From positions 19,036,001 through 19,100,000 of the forward strand of contig CM052817.1 of assembly GCA_028534125.1 (NCBI GenBank): a stretch of DNA of 64,000 nt, written 5' to 3'. Position 1 is the stretch's first letter. Each line of letters starts with the position of its first letter. Below the pieces are notes generated by a model, which saw nothing but the letters and a program-made list of their open reading frames with translations, was not told where the DNA came from and did not search any database. Shown piece after piece: positions 25,801 through 37,042 of the stretch. This DNA comes from Lama glama (taxonomy: Eukaryota). The translations under genes were made by a program, and so were the position numbers.

Positions 25801-26339
25801 ACATATATTTACTGTTCGTTGGCATGCAACCAACTTTTACAACATTTTCAAACTGATCACATGCAAGTCTGGACGTGGGATTCATAATGATTTGTTCTTT
25901 GTTGGGAACGTGATGATCAGAGGTAAATCATGAAATGTGGATTACATGTTGCTTTTGCCTCCTAGAAGCAGAGATGGCCCAGTTTCACGTGTTCTCAAAT
26001 TCCAGGCATATGCCCATATAAATCTAAAATTATATAACAACATAATAATTATAAAAAGATTTGTAAAGAACTCAGAGACTATTATAAAGCCCTCTTTGCT
26101 GGTTTGCAGACACTACAGTGGTTCCCAGAAAACCTGGAAACTGGGCATCTGTTATGAAGGACAGTTCCTGCCTTCAAAAGCAGTTCACTTGAGATACACA
26201 CACACACATCCATGCACACACATGCACAAACACACAGAGGCGTGGCTGCATACTGAAATAAATATTACATAAAGGAATGAAAAGAAAAAAGTAATGAAAG
26301 GACAGATTTGCATGCTGAGAGAAGAAAACAGGTCTCTCT

Positions 26340-27800
26340 TAAAATTATTATTATTTTTAATATTTTAAATGGGCTTTTAATGTTTTCTGATCATAAAATC
26401 AGTATATCTTCATTACAGAAATTCAAATAATGTCGAAAGCCTCACAGATGAAATTAAAATCAGCCTTTAATTCAAACATGAGGTTTGTCTCTGGTATGTG
26501 CATGTGCACATGAATATGAATGTAAATTAGAAATTGCCAAATTAACCAACATATTATAGGTAATTTTTCATATTCACAATCAGATACCCCCTGCATTTTA
26601 CATTTATGCTTAATAATTTACCTCGTAAATGAACCTGTTATTTTAACAATTTTCCATTGCCATGATTTAAATGATGTCTAATACTTGTCCCATCTAAAAT
26701 AACTTTGTAGTAATTATGTTTGTATATTAATGGTTACCCTAAAAGAGAAAATTCCTCAATGTGGTATAGCTGGGACAAAGAATCTTAGTTTTAATTGTGT
26801 TTGATGTAAGCTGTGTGTTTATTTCAAGGCATCTAGAAATATTACACATTCGACACTTGCAGCAGTAGCGTAGGGAGTTGTTGCTTTCATCATGCACCTG
26901 TTACTGTTGGAGCTTATGATTGTTTTCATTTTTGCAAATTGGATTGGGGAAGTATCCCTTGGCGTCTATACGTCTACTTTACAAATTGCCCAAATTTATT
27001 GGTCTCTTTGTCTCTTTCTTTTTGATTCATAATTCCCTTTCCTATTAGGTATATTAAGCAAGGTATGTATATATGAAATACGTGCTCAGCTTATGCTTGC
27101 TTTATGTTCTGTCTCTATATATACTGTATTTTAATGTGCGCATTAAAATATTGATGTGATCAAGTGTGAAATTTTCTTTTAAGCATCCTGCAAAAAAAGC
27201 TCCCTGATCATATAAGATAAATGCATATCTGTGTTTTTGGCTCATTTTCTAATTACACCATTGTTCTTTTACATTTAAAATATTTGTTTCTGAAAGATCA
27301 AATTTTATTTTATTTTTTTTTAAAAGAGTAAACCAAGTGTCCATTTTATCAGTGTTCTACCTTTTCACACAGTCATGAAACACCATCATTTTGTGTACAC
27401 ATGAATAAACACACATAAAACGGATTAGGTACACACACACACATTGTCACACACACAGTCTTTTAAGACACTTTTCATTCTACTTAAAAATCAATATGTA
27501 TTTTTCACAGTGTAATATGGTTTTATATCCAGATTATCTAACTCCCTTCTCATTACATTTATAATTTTCTTGTCAATTCTGATAGAACAATTTTCATACA
27601 TGAACTTAAGTATCATTTGGTCTGCTTTCAGAAAGATATTGAGATTTTTAATTAAAACAATGAATTTAGATGTTAATCCATAGACAGCTCATATCTTATA
27701 GAGGTTTCCTAGAACAGTTTATTTCACTGATTTACAAATCACAAAATATATATTAATTACCATCAAAGACTCTTTGGCATATATAAAGATAATCTGTTTT
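26340..27800 (-). mobile_element. Very old L1ME/HAL1-type remnant
   Basis: T-rich strand with ttttctgatcataaaatcagtatatcttcattacagaaa and aaaattcctcaatgtggtatagctgggacaaag...cacttgcagcagtagcgtagggagtt. Confidence 0.5.
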
Positions 27801-27921
27801 TTGCTTTTTGACTTATTGATATAATGCATATTAGTATAAATATTGCCTAATATACATTTTGTACATATATAATATACATATATAAGACAGTGTAATATTT
27901 TGAAAAATGATATATAATGTA

Positions 27922-28021
27922 NNNNNNNNNNNNNNNNNNNNNNNNNNNNNNNNNNNNNNNNNNNNNNNNNNNNNNNNNNNNNNNNNNNNNNNNNNNNNNN
28001 NNNNNNNNNNNNNNNNNNNNN
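27922..28021. other. Assembly gap (100 N)
   Basis: Run of exactly 100 N. Confidence 0.99.
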
Positions 28022-28220
28022 GTTGTGTCAAATTCCAGTGTTCAGCACAATTTTTCAGTCATTCATGGACATATACACACTCATTGTCACATTTTTTTCT
28101 CTGTGATTTATCATAACATTTTGTGTATATTTCCCTGTGCTATACAGTGTAATCTTGTTTATCTATTCTACAATTTTGAAATCTCAGTCTATCCCTTCCC
28201 ACCCTCTACCCCCCTGGTAA
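28022..28220 (-). mobile_element. Young lineage-specific L1 3' UTR, 5'-truncated, tail lost in the gap
   Basis: gttgtgtcaaattccagtgttcagcac...ttccctgtgctatacagtgtaatcttgtttatctatt...tatcccttcccaccc...ctggtaa is homologous to the 3' UTRs at 2481 and 11340-11560. Confidence 0.85.
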
Positions 28221-28334
28221 ATAATGTATTTCTTAACAACATAAACCATCTTAAAATAAGAAAGAATCTCAATATCATATTTCTCTTTTGATAGAGTTTA
28301 AGGTTTCAGCTTTGTTTCTTTCAGTATTCATCTG

Positions 28335-28486
28335 ACCATGAGCCCTCCCCAGTCAGGCTTTAATCAGCACAACTCCACCAAAAAATGGCTTCATGATCAT
28401 AAGAATAATACCAATGAATGATGCCAGATCTTTCAGAACCAAGATGCCAATTTTATGTGCTCATCATAACCTCCTAGCACCATTCC
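28335..28486 (+). mobile_element. L2 ORF2 remnant
   Basis: ccccagtcaggcttt...cacaactccaccaaaaaatggc...ccaatgaatg...ctcatcataacctcctagcaccatt. Confidence 0.5.
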
Positions 28487-30270
28487 AGATGATATAATCT
28501 TACAGAGAGATAACCCTACAGACATAGAAAACTGTTAGAACTAATCAATAAATACAATATAGTTCAGGATACAAAATCAATCTGCAAAAGTCAATTGTGT
28601 TTCTATATGCTAACAGCAAACTACTTGAAAAGAAAATTAGGAAAACAATCCCATTTATAATAGTACCAAGAAGAATAAACTACCGAGTAGTAAACTTCAC
28701 TATGAAGATTTAAACTACCAAACTGTGTTTTGAAAACTACAAAACATTGATAAAAAAAGTTAAAGACCCAAACAAACAGAAAGGCATGCCATGTTCATGG
28801 ATTGGGAGACATAATATTGCTAAAATGTCCATAGTTCCCAAAGTAATCTACAGATTCAGTGCAATCTCTTATCAAAATCCGAATGATGTTTTTTCCAGAA
28901 ATAGAAAAAAATTCACAATTCACATGAAGCCACGAAGGGCTAAGAATAGCCAAAGCAATGTGGAGAAAGGAGAACAAAGCTGGAGGCCTTATACTTCCTG
29001 ATTTCAAACTATATTTTAAAACAACAGTAATCAAAACAGTGTGTCATGGCATAAAGACAAACTTATAGACCAATAGAACTGAATAGAGAGTCCAGAAATC
29101 AGTCCATACATACATGGTGAACTGATCTTGGCAATGATTTTGTGGCTGTGACACCAAAAGCACAGAAACCAAAACATAAACAAGTGAGACTACATCAAAC
29201 AAAAAGCTTCTGCACAGCAAAAGAAATAATCAACAGAGTGAAAAGACATCCCACAGAATAGGAGAAGGTATTGAGGAACTACCCATCTGATAAAGGATTA
29301 ATCTCCAAAATATTAAGAACACCTACACTCAACAGTAAAAATTTAACAGCCCAATTGAAAGCTGGATAAGGACTTGAAATAGACATTTCTCCAAATAAGA
29401 TGTACAAATAGCTATCTAGTACACGAAAAAAATGTTCCAAGTCACTAATGAGGGAAATAATACAAATAAAAACCACAATGAGATTTTACATTATACCTGT
29501 TGGGGTGGCTATTTTTCACAACACAAAAGCCACCAAGTGTTGGCCAAGATTTGTAGATCCCGTCTCCTTCAAATTGGAATCCTTGCATGCTGTTAATGAA
29601 ATTGTGAAGTGATGCAGCCACTATACAAAACAATATGGAGATTCTTCAAAAAATTAGAAATAGAACAACCATATGATCCATCAATCCTTCATCTGAGTTT
29701 TTATCCAAAAGAATAAACTTCAGGATCTCAGGGATATGTTAGCCCTCCCATAATCATTGCAGCACTATTCCCAATAGCCAAGATGTAGAAACAACATGTA
29801 AATGTCCATTGCATATTAAGGAGTAAGTAAAGTATGATCTAGCTGTCTACTTACATGTATTTATAGGTAAATATACACACACACAAAATGGACGGCGTTT
29901 CAACCCTAAATAAAGGAAATTCTGCAATTTACGACAATGTAGGTGAACCTTGAGGACATCACGCTAAGTGAAATAAGTCACAGAAAGACAACTACTGTGT
30001 ATTTCCACATATAGGAGGTATCTAAAATCATGAGATCCATCCTGGAATGGTGATTTCCAGAGGCTGCGGAGGTGAGGAAATGGGGAGTTACTGATTCACA
30101 GGTATAAAGTTTCAGCTAAGCAAAATGAATGAACTCCAGAGATGTTCTATACAACAGTGTACCTACAGTCAGCCATCATGTATTCTTAAAAATGTACTAA
30201 AATGGTAGATACCATGTTAAGTGTTCTTACCACAATAAAATAGTAAAGTAAAATAAAATAGATAAAAATA
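28487..30270 (+). mobile_element. L1 (L1MA10/L1MB1-like): 3' half of ORF2, 3' UTR and A-rich tail; inactive
   Basis: Starts at the RT (FA)DD region (cagatgatataatctta). ORF 28747..29001 has PCSWIGRHNIAKMSIVPKVIYRFSAI. Ends catgttaagtgttcttaccacaataaaatagtaaagtaaaataaaa. Many frameshifts. Confidence 0.93.
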
Positions 30271-30973
30271 TCATGAAATCAATAGACCATGTGAAACCAG
30301 CTAACAGACATTTCCCCCACATGTAACACAAGAGTGTAATATACTGGTTCAAGATTATACATTATTGGAGATGACTTATTCCATGTAAAGACTAGATGTG
30401 AAAAGACAAGGGAATTGTAGACATGTCCAGGAAAAAGATTATTGGAGATGTGATACAAATAGAAAGGGAAAGATATTTTTAAGAGTTATTTTAGGAACAG
30501 AAGCAACAAGTCCTGGTCATTTTTTATAATTATTACATCCAAATAATTTAAGAGACATAATAAAGTAAATTTAACAACACTGTTAAAAGAAGAAAAAATG
30601 AGAAGAAGAAAAAAAAGAAAAGAAAAGGAAAAGAAATGACACCGGGGGTAAGAAACCGTTGTAAAAATTTCTTTCCAAAATCTTGGTTTTTTAAAAAAAG
30701 TTAGTAGAATGGCTTGAACAGACTAGGTATCATGGAAAAAATTTTGCTTTGTTTATATCTATAATTCATTTTTTTTAAAAAAGATAACAGAAAAATATAA
30801 AGGGTGGGATTTGCCAGGTGATTTTATGAGCCGGCACTGGTGATATTTCAAGTCCCCACGTCTAAAGTCATTTTATTGTCCCTTCTGGTTGCTACATTAT
30901 TCTTTCTAGCACACTTCCCAGATTCATAATATGCTAGATTGCTTTTTAACTGCTCTCAATTCGTTTACAGTGT

Positions 30974-31072
30974 CACACACACACACACACACATACACAT
31001 ACACACACACGAAGACACACAACACGAAAACACAAACACATAGTAACAACAGCAACAAAAACAAACAAGCAA
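30974..31072. repeat. (CA)n microsatellite and CA/AAC-rich low complexity
   Basis: Read directly from the sequence. Confidence 0.9.
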
Positions 31073-31124
31073 AAGCTGTCGCACAGTATTTCACGTATGA
31101 ATTTACGTACCAAATTGCTTTCTA

Positions 31125-31960
31125 GATTGATTGATTCATTAAATTTTTTAAGTATTCATTAAGTTCCTAGTGTGCCTACACTATTATAGGTGCCAAGAAT
31201 ACATTTGTGAGCAAGAAACCCAGAACTCTACTCTCTTGCCTGTTTTTTTTTTTTTAAACAAAGAGGTTTATTTCTTGCTTGCTCACACAAACCTAGACAC
31301 AAAATTAAAATACTCTCCTGCTTTCTTATAGATGGAGACAGACATGAATGCACAGGTATGTATAGAATCAAGTGTCAAACAAAATACCTTGGAACATGAA
31401 TTCTTGTAAAGATCTATTTAGATACAGATTAGCTTAAACTGCACAACTCTCTTTATGTTGAGAATTTTAAAAGACCTCAGGAACCAAGATGGGTAAGAGA
31501 AAATCCACCTTTGGCCAAGGAAATGCCCATGCTATAAAAGGAAGCAAAAGCTAACCAAAAGCACCCGAAAGATAAAGAAGCTAGTGGAAGGACAGACAAT
31601 AAAGAAATAAATAAAGATAAAATAGAATAAGTATTTATAGGCGTGTGTAGGAGCCATGAAGAAAATGTAAGAGGGTCAAGGGATTTAGAGTGATGGGAGG
31701 TACTTCACTGAGGGTTTAAGAGTAGATGATCACAGGCATGGGAGCTGGTTATTGTCAATGAAAAATCTCCAAGGCCACGAATCAGAGGGGCTCAGAGAAA
31801 AGGCCGGGATGGGTGTGTGAGAGCCCCAGGATTTGTGAGCCCCGAGACTGGAGGGTTAGCCGGAGACCAGGCCGTGGAAGGCCTCACGGCCAATGCTGAG
31901 AAGTTTGTCTTTTATTCCAGTTGCAGTAGAATGCAAAAATACTGTAAATCAGGGGAGAGG
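31125..31960 (-). mobile_element. L2a 3' region split by an insertion at ~31243-31580
   Basis: Left: gattgattcatt...attcattaagttcctagtgtgcc...ataggtgccaagaatacatttgtgagcaag. Right resumes ctagtggaaggacagacaataaagaaataaataa...gaaggcctcacggccaatgctgagaagtttgtcttttattc. Confidence 0.75.
31243..31580 (-). pseudogene. Candidate 5'-truncated processed retrocopy of an unidentified mRNA 3' UTR
   Basis: Minus strand ends gcaagcaagaAATAAAcctctttgttt-A13. The ~325-bp body resembles no repeat I recognise and interrupts an otherwise collinear L2. No clear TSD. Confidence 0.5.
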
Positions 31961-34006
31961 CTTTATAATTACATGTCTTATTTGAGTCTGTGTATTATAT
32001 AGATGTATATTAGATTTCTGAATATTTAATAGGTACACTTTGCATTCTTGTCAATGAGGTTGTTAACACGGAATGTTATCAGAGCAAATAATAATTTAAA
32101 ACCTGATTTACTTTTTGTTAACTTATGGAAATTGAAATGCAGTTGTACTAATTTGGTTGGAAATGTGGAGCTTTCCTATTTCGTATTTACCACTTTGCTG
32201 CCACATCAGCTATTTAAATCATCTGAGTATGAGATTGGGGTCAATTCCTAACAAAATTAGAGTCACCTACAGCACAACTAGTGCTTGGACAATTCTTTAA
32301 TACTGTCAGTGGAATTTTTTAAAGAAAAATATTCAAAGAAGCAAGCTGAGTTTTTTTTCACTCTATTTAAGACCATAATAACTACAGAATGCCACTGAAT
32401 TTATAAGAAATAGAAGAGAATATTGGATTTAACAAGGTGAAAGGCTCCCCTAGACTCCAAATCTCAAAAAAACTTCCCTAGTTTTTAATTTTATTATGAT
32501 TATGTTAGGATGCAGAATTGCCCAGTAGTGGCTTCTTATATTACTATAAAATTTCACCTTTTTTTTCTTTTTGCTTATGATTAACATTTCTAAAAAGCAT
32601 TTTACCTTACACAGTGTTTATGTTGCTATATATATATATAAATATATATATATAAAAATAAATGACATTTCACCGTGGACACTTTTCCTTTTGATGTGTT
32701 CCATGGTGCGTCCAAGATTTTCTAATAAATAGCAAATGAGGTATATGTCCTTTTGAACTAAATGCATAATCTCTGTTAACCTTAATAGGACTTATGTTTG
32801 TAATGTAGACTTTTAAAATATATCAGTAACTCTAAAATAGTATGCAATAAAAATTAGCCTTTGATAAGAAAAGTGTTTGAGGTAATATAAGAGATACGCA
32901 ATTAAAATGGATTCGTTTACTTATTTTATGCCAAAATCTTTATGCTGTTTTTTGTTTGTTTGTTTTTGAGCAAATCCTTCCCTTAAACTCCTTATTGGAA
33001 TGTTAAAGGATTTGTGTTTGTGTGCATGTGTGTTCATGTGTGTGTGTGCGCGCACACGTATGTTCTAAAGAGCTGAAGTTAGAACTGAATTATTTCCTTT
33101 AAAGAATAGCAGAAGCCACATTAATAATTTATTCTTCTCTCCAATTTATCTCAAATGCCCCACTCATGTAAATATCTTTGAGCAGACTTGGGACTTAACA
33201 GATGTTATAGTCCACTTTAACTTCTCAAAAAGATGTAAGTAACATTTTTTTCCACTAAAATCATCTAATGTACCTTTCATGTCAGAGACAGATTCTTACT
33301 GATGGGAATGTAGAAGTGCCTTCTGCACCAATTTATTTTCTCTACTGGCTTACCACATTACCTGAAATTCTCTTCACTAAAATCTCTTTTTTAATCAAAG
33401 CATTGTACCCATAGAAGTCTCCTTTAATGTAAAGTTAATGTGAAATCTTGTCATTATTTAATCTGTTATATGCATATTAAAATGCACTTATGCCTTTTAT
33501 ATGCATATATTCATATAAAATGAGAAGCAAAAATTAAACTCCCCCAACCAGTCAATAGGACTCAGAAAAAATGCACTGTGATATGAGAGGTTGGATCATG
33601 AAGATGAAAGCGAGGGAAGGAAAGAAGTACAGGTGTGGGAAGGGGTAGATCCAGGTGAGATATTACAGTTACATCCTTGGGCACTGAAGAACTACTCTTT
33701 TTGTTTCAATACCTCCTATGCAGGCAAAGCATGATTACTCCAAGTATGTACCGCATTTGGTACACATGCAAGTGTATGTGTAGCTGTGTATGTCTCGTGT
33801 CAAACTTTTGCTCATCCTATATCAATCTTCCTTTTCCATCTGAAGAAATGATGCTTGGTAATGCAAGTATTTGTCCTTCACCCTCAAACAGAAGTCAATG
33901 AACTGTTGAAAACAAAAATGGTAGAGTAGCCCAGCTAAGTGTTCAAAATGAGATTTATGGACTCTGAGTCCATAAATGAAAACTTCTCAAGGGCATAGAT
34001 TTAGAA

Positions 34007-34215
34007 CAGGGCTTTTGGATCTCAGCCCTATTGACATTTTGGGCTGCATTATTCTTTGTTGAAAGGGACTGTCTTATTATTTAGCAAGTCCCTGGTCTCT
34101 ACCCGCTAGAGTCCAGTAGCAATGCTTCTCAAACTGTGACTCCCCAAAATCTCTCCCTGTATTTCCAAATGTGCCCTGGGAGGGAGACAAAGTTGTCTCA
34201 CATCTAGAACCACTG
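34007..34215 (-). mobile_element. hAT-Charlie MITE, MER20
   Basis: cagggc...ctattgacattttgggc...ccaaatgtgccctggg...agaaccactg, with 8-bp TSD atttagaa (33999-34006) / gtttagaa (34216-34223). Confidence 0.9.
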
Positions 34216-36945
34216 GTTTAGAAAAATCAACTTCTAGATGCTCCACTTCCACATGAACTCTTTCTTACAAGAGATACAACTGAGAACTTAGGGTGGTATA
34301 ACAAAGCCTCCTTTACAAAGCACACAAACCCACAGTGGAACTTCATGACTCAAACATAATTCTAATGGTAGAAACTTGATGTTAGAAACTGTGTATGTGG
34401 ATCTGTTTTGAGGCTTTCTGAATTATAAAATTAGTGGCATTTTTGAAATTATGACAAGTTTTATATAATAAGGTCATTTTTTTTGTTGTTTGGCCTTACT
34501 AAGAAATGAAGGAAAGAAGGGAGGAAAGGGAATAAGACATTGTTCCTCTGAAAGCAAAGCAGAAAAACTGGTATCAAATATAGGTGAAGATAGATAAATA
34601 TTAAAAGGAGCCATACATAATTTATTTAGTCACTTTTGCTTTTTTTTCAGAAATTATTTTTTTAAATTGCAATGAAATAAACAATGTTTTAAAATTTATT
34701 TGGTGATCTCAAAGGAAAAATTAAAAATAATCAGATTCATTTTTGAGTCTTGCCAATCGGCAATGTCAGCTATTTTGGACAAGAACAAATACACATGAAA
34801 TTTAAAAAAAAATCTCTATGCAGCTAAATGAGATGACACAAGTAACAGATTTAGTACCCAAATTTCATTGTAGGAGTTCTTTGTATAGCTTATTCACAGG
34901 AAATTAGAAAGTGTCCCTACTATAAATTACTTATTCTTAGATTATATGAAATACTTACTAGTTAATATCATGTCTCTCTGAGCTTGAAAATTATTGTCAG
35001 AGTCCATTCAGTAAAATATTTTAAATTTGAAAGTCTGATTTAGAGATGGGTTAGAAATCACTATTTTTTTGAGGCTCAGTTTTTCAAGTATATTATTTAA
35101 ATCCTGAAGGATCTACACTATTGTTTTTTAATGTACTCAACATCAGTTTGCAACTACTTTCAAAGTGTTGCAAAACTTAAACGAGCTATTCTTTCCAGAC
35201 TTCCTAAGAACAGGACATTACTACTTCAACTTGATGTTGAATCTCTTTGTCACATTTCAAAATAATGTTTTCTTTTAATCAAAATCTTCAGTGAGTAAAC
35301 TTAAATTTTATTTTGGGGTTTTTGAGAAATTGTGTTGAAAAACAAAGGAGATCTTTGCAAAAATGTGAATGCACAGTGTAGTCATTTTTAGGCACCTTTG
35401 ATTGGCTATGCTTATCATTTAGTTAACTGTGATACAAAAAAGACAAATAGGGTAAGATCAGATGATTTGATGTGAATATTAGAATTCAGAATTTTATAAA
35501 GGTTTTTGCATTAGTAACCAGTTCTTTAAAATTTAACTTTTCCTTTGCATATGAGACTTTCTTCAAAATACATGATGGCATTATTCTCTGAAGCTGGTGA
35601 AAGAAAAGGATTCTTTTTTTTTTTTGATAATTTATATGAAGTCATGTGTTAGACTGGTCTTCTGCCTGTCAGTTTTGCATTCATCAGACATGAGTGTTTG
35701 GTTTGAATATGTTTTTGAAAATAAAGAGTACTGTGTTGAAAATACTATCAATAGACATCATCTTCAAACAAAGGGTATTCATTCTCTAAAGAAAGAATAT
35801 ATACTCCTGTAAATAGATTGAAACATTGACACTTACGGGCTAACATACCTTGAGCGCTTAATGCAAAAAGCAATTTTATTGTTACTTTTACCCCAAAAGG
35901 AATAGTTGGGGTTATTGAGCCTTGAAATGGGGAGTTTTACATCTTCACTGATGTGTAAGTTACCTACTCTGTGAAATTTTACAAATATGTTAAAAAATGG
36001 GAGTTCCCACTAGTTAATCCCTCAGAATGCCATTTTCTACTAATTAGGCAGAAAAGTTTAATTAAATGTAGTATATTTTGGACTACATATTTAGACTCTT
36101 AAAGAAAGTAGAGTTTATTATAAATCACAATCTTAAATTTGTAATCAAAAAAGGCAAGGAAGAATCTATATGTCTGTACGTATATACGTATTGGATCTTA
36201 AAATCTGTAAAAAAATCATTATTATGATAAATTTTTACTGGATCATGCACTTTTCTTTCTCAACTAAAATTACCCTTTTGAAATCAGGCTTTGAGAGTCG
36301 TAGTTCCCTTTTGTTCTGTCATGAGGAAAGCTTTCTTCTTCTTTTGGAAAAGAAAATAATATATCGTGATTTCTGGAAGGAAATTATATTTGGTAGAACT
36401 TGACTGTTAATCATAATTTGAGGATTTTCTAGCAGCAGTAGCTGAATCATTTTGACTGCTAGCTCGCTGTGAATGAAAGGCATACATTTCTGAACAACCA
36501 GTCTGTGTGAACTCCTGCTGTCGCTTACACAGTGCTACTGTCTACATTTTCCTTTGTGACCCAAAGCCGTGATCCTTTCGGGGTCTGCTAGTGGCCCATT
36601 GTGAGGTTTTGGTTCCTGCATAACTGTGACTTTAATAATAAATCAGACCTGTGCTTGCTCTCGAGGAGCTGTCTGTCTGCTTAGTAAATCCAAAAGGTCA
36701 ACACCAGATCTTGGTTGAAGTTTGTAAGAATTATGACAAAATAGCTTTTAAAAAATTACAGAAATAGGAAATTACTTTTAGCTTACAAAAAAGAAAAGAA
36801 TTGGACAGAAAAGGATACATTGTGGAATACGCTGAATTTTACCTGGATTTAGAGGTAAATGAGGTAGTTAATGAAGGACAGGAAAAAGTCGTATACATCA
36901 AAAAGGAAATAGGTCAAGAAAATGTTATTAAAATATGTATATTTT

Positions 36946-37042
36946 GGGGGGTGGGTATAGCTCAGTGGTAGACGCATGCTTCGCATGCACCAGGTCCTGG
37001 GTTCAATCCCCAGTACCTCCACTAAAACATAGAAATTAAAAA
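36946..37042 (+). mobile_element. tRNA-Ala-derived SINE (camelid Vic-1-like)
   Basis: ggggggtgggtatagctcagtggtagacgcatgcttcgcatgcaccaggtcctgggttcaatccccagtacctcca plus A-rich tail. A box (tagctcagtgg) and B box (ggttcaatcc) present. Imperfect flanking repeat aaaatatgtatatt / aaaacgtatatatt. Confidence 0.9.

Noticed and set aside
25909..25985. C/D snoRNA suggested by a GTGATGA C box
   Set aside because: No CTGA D box or terminal stem at a suitable distance.
27831..28291. ORFs spanning X residues
   Set aside because: Artefacts of translating through the N gap.
31204..31290. Inverted repeat tgtgagcaagaaa / tttcttgcttgctcaca across the insertion junction
   Set aside because: Short and imperfect. 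The left arm is ordinary L2 sequence, so coincidence is the simplest explanation.
36430..36470. miR-15/16-like seed (tagcagca) in a small hairpin
   Set aside because: The fold is only ~40 nt with bulges, too short for a pre-miRNA, and the sequence after the seed matches no family member I know.
36946..37021. Functional tRNA-Ala(CGC) gene
   Set aside because: D-stem deletion, broken anticodon stem, extra 5' Gs, A-rich tail with flanking repeat and no adjacent oligo-T terminator indicate a SINE.
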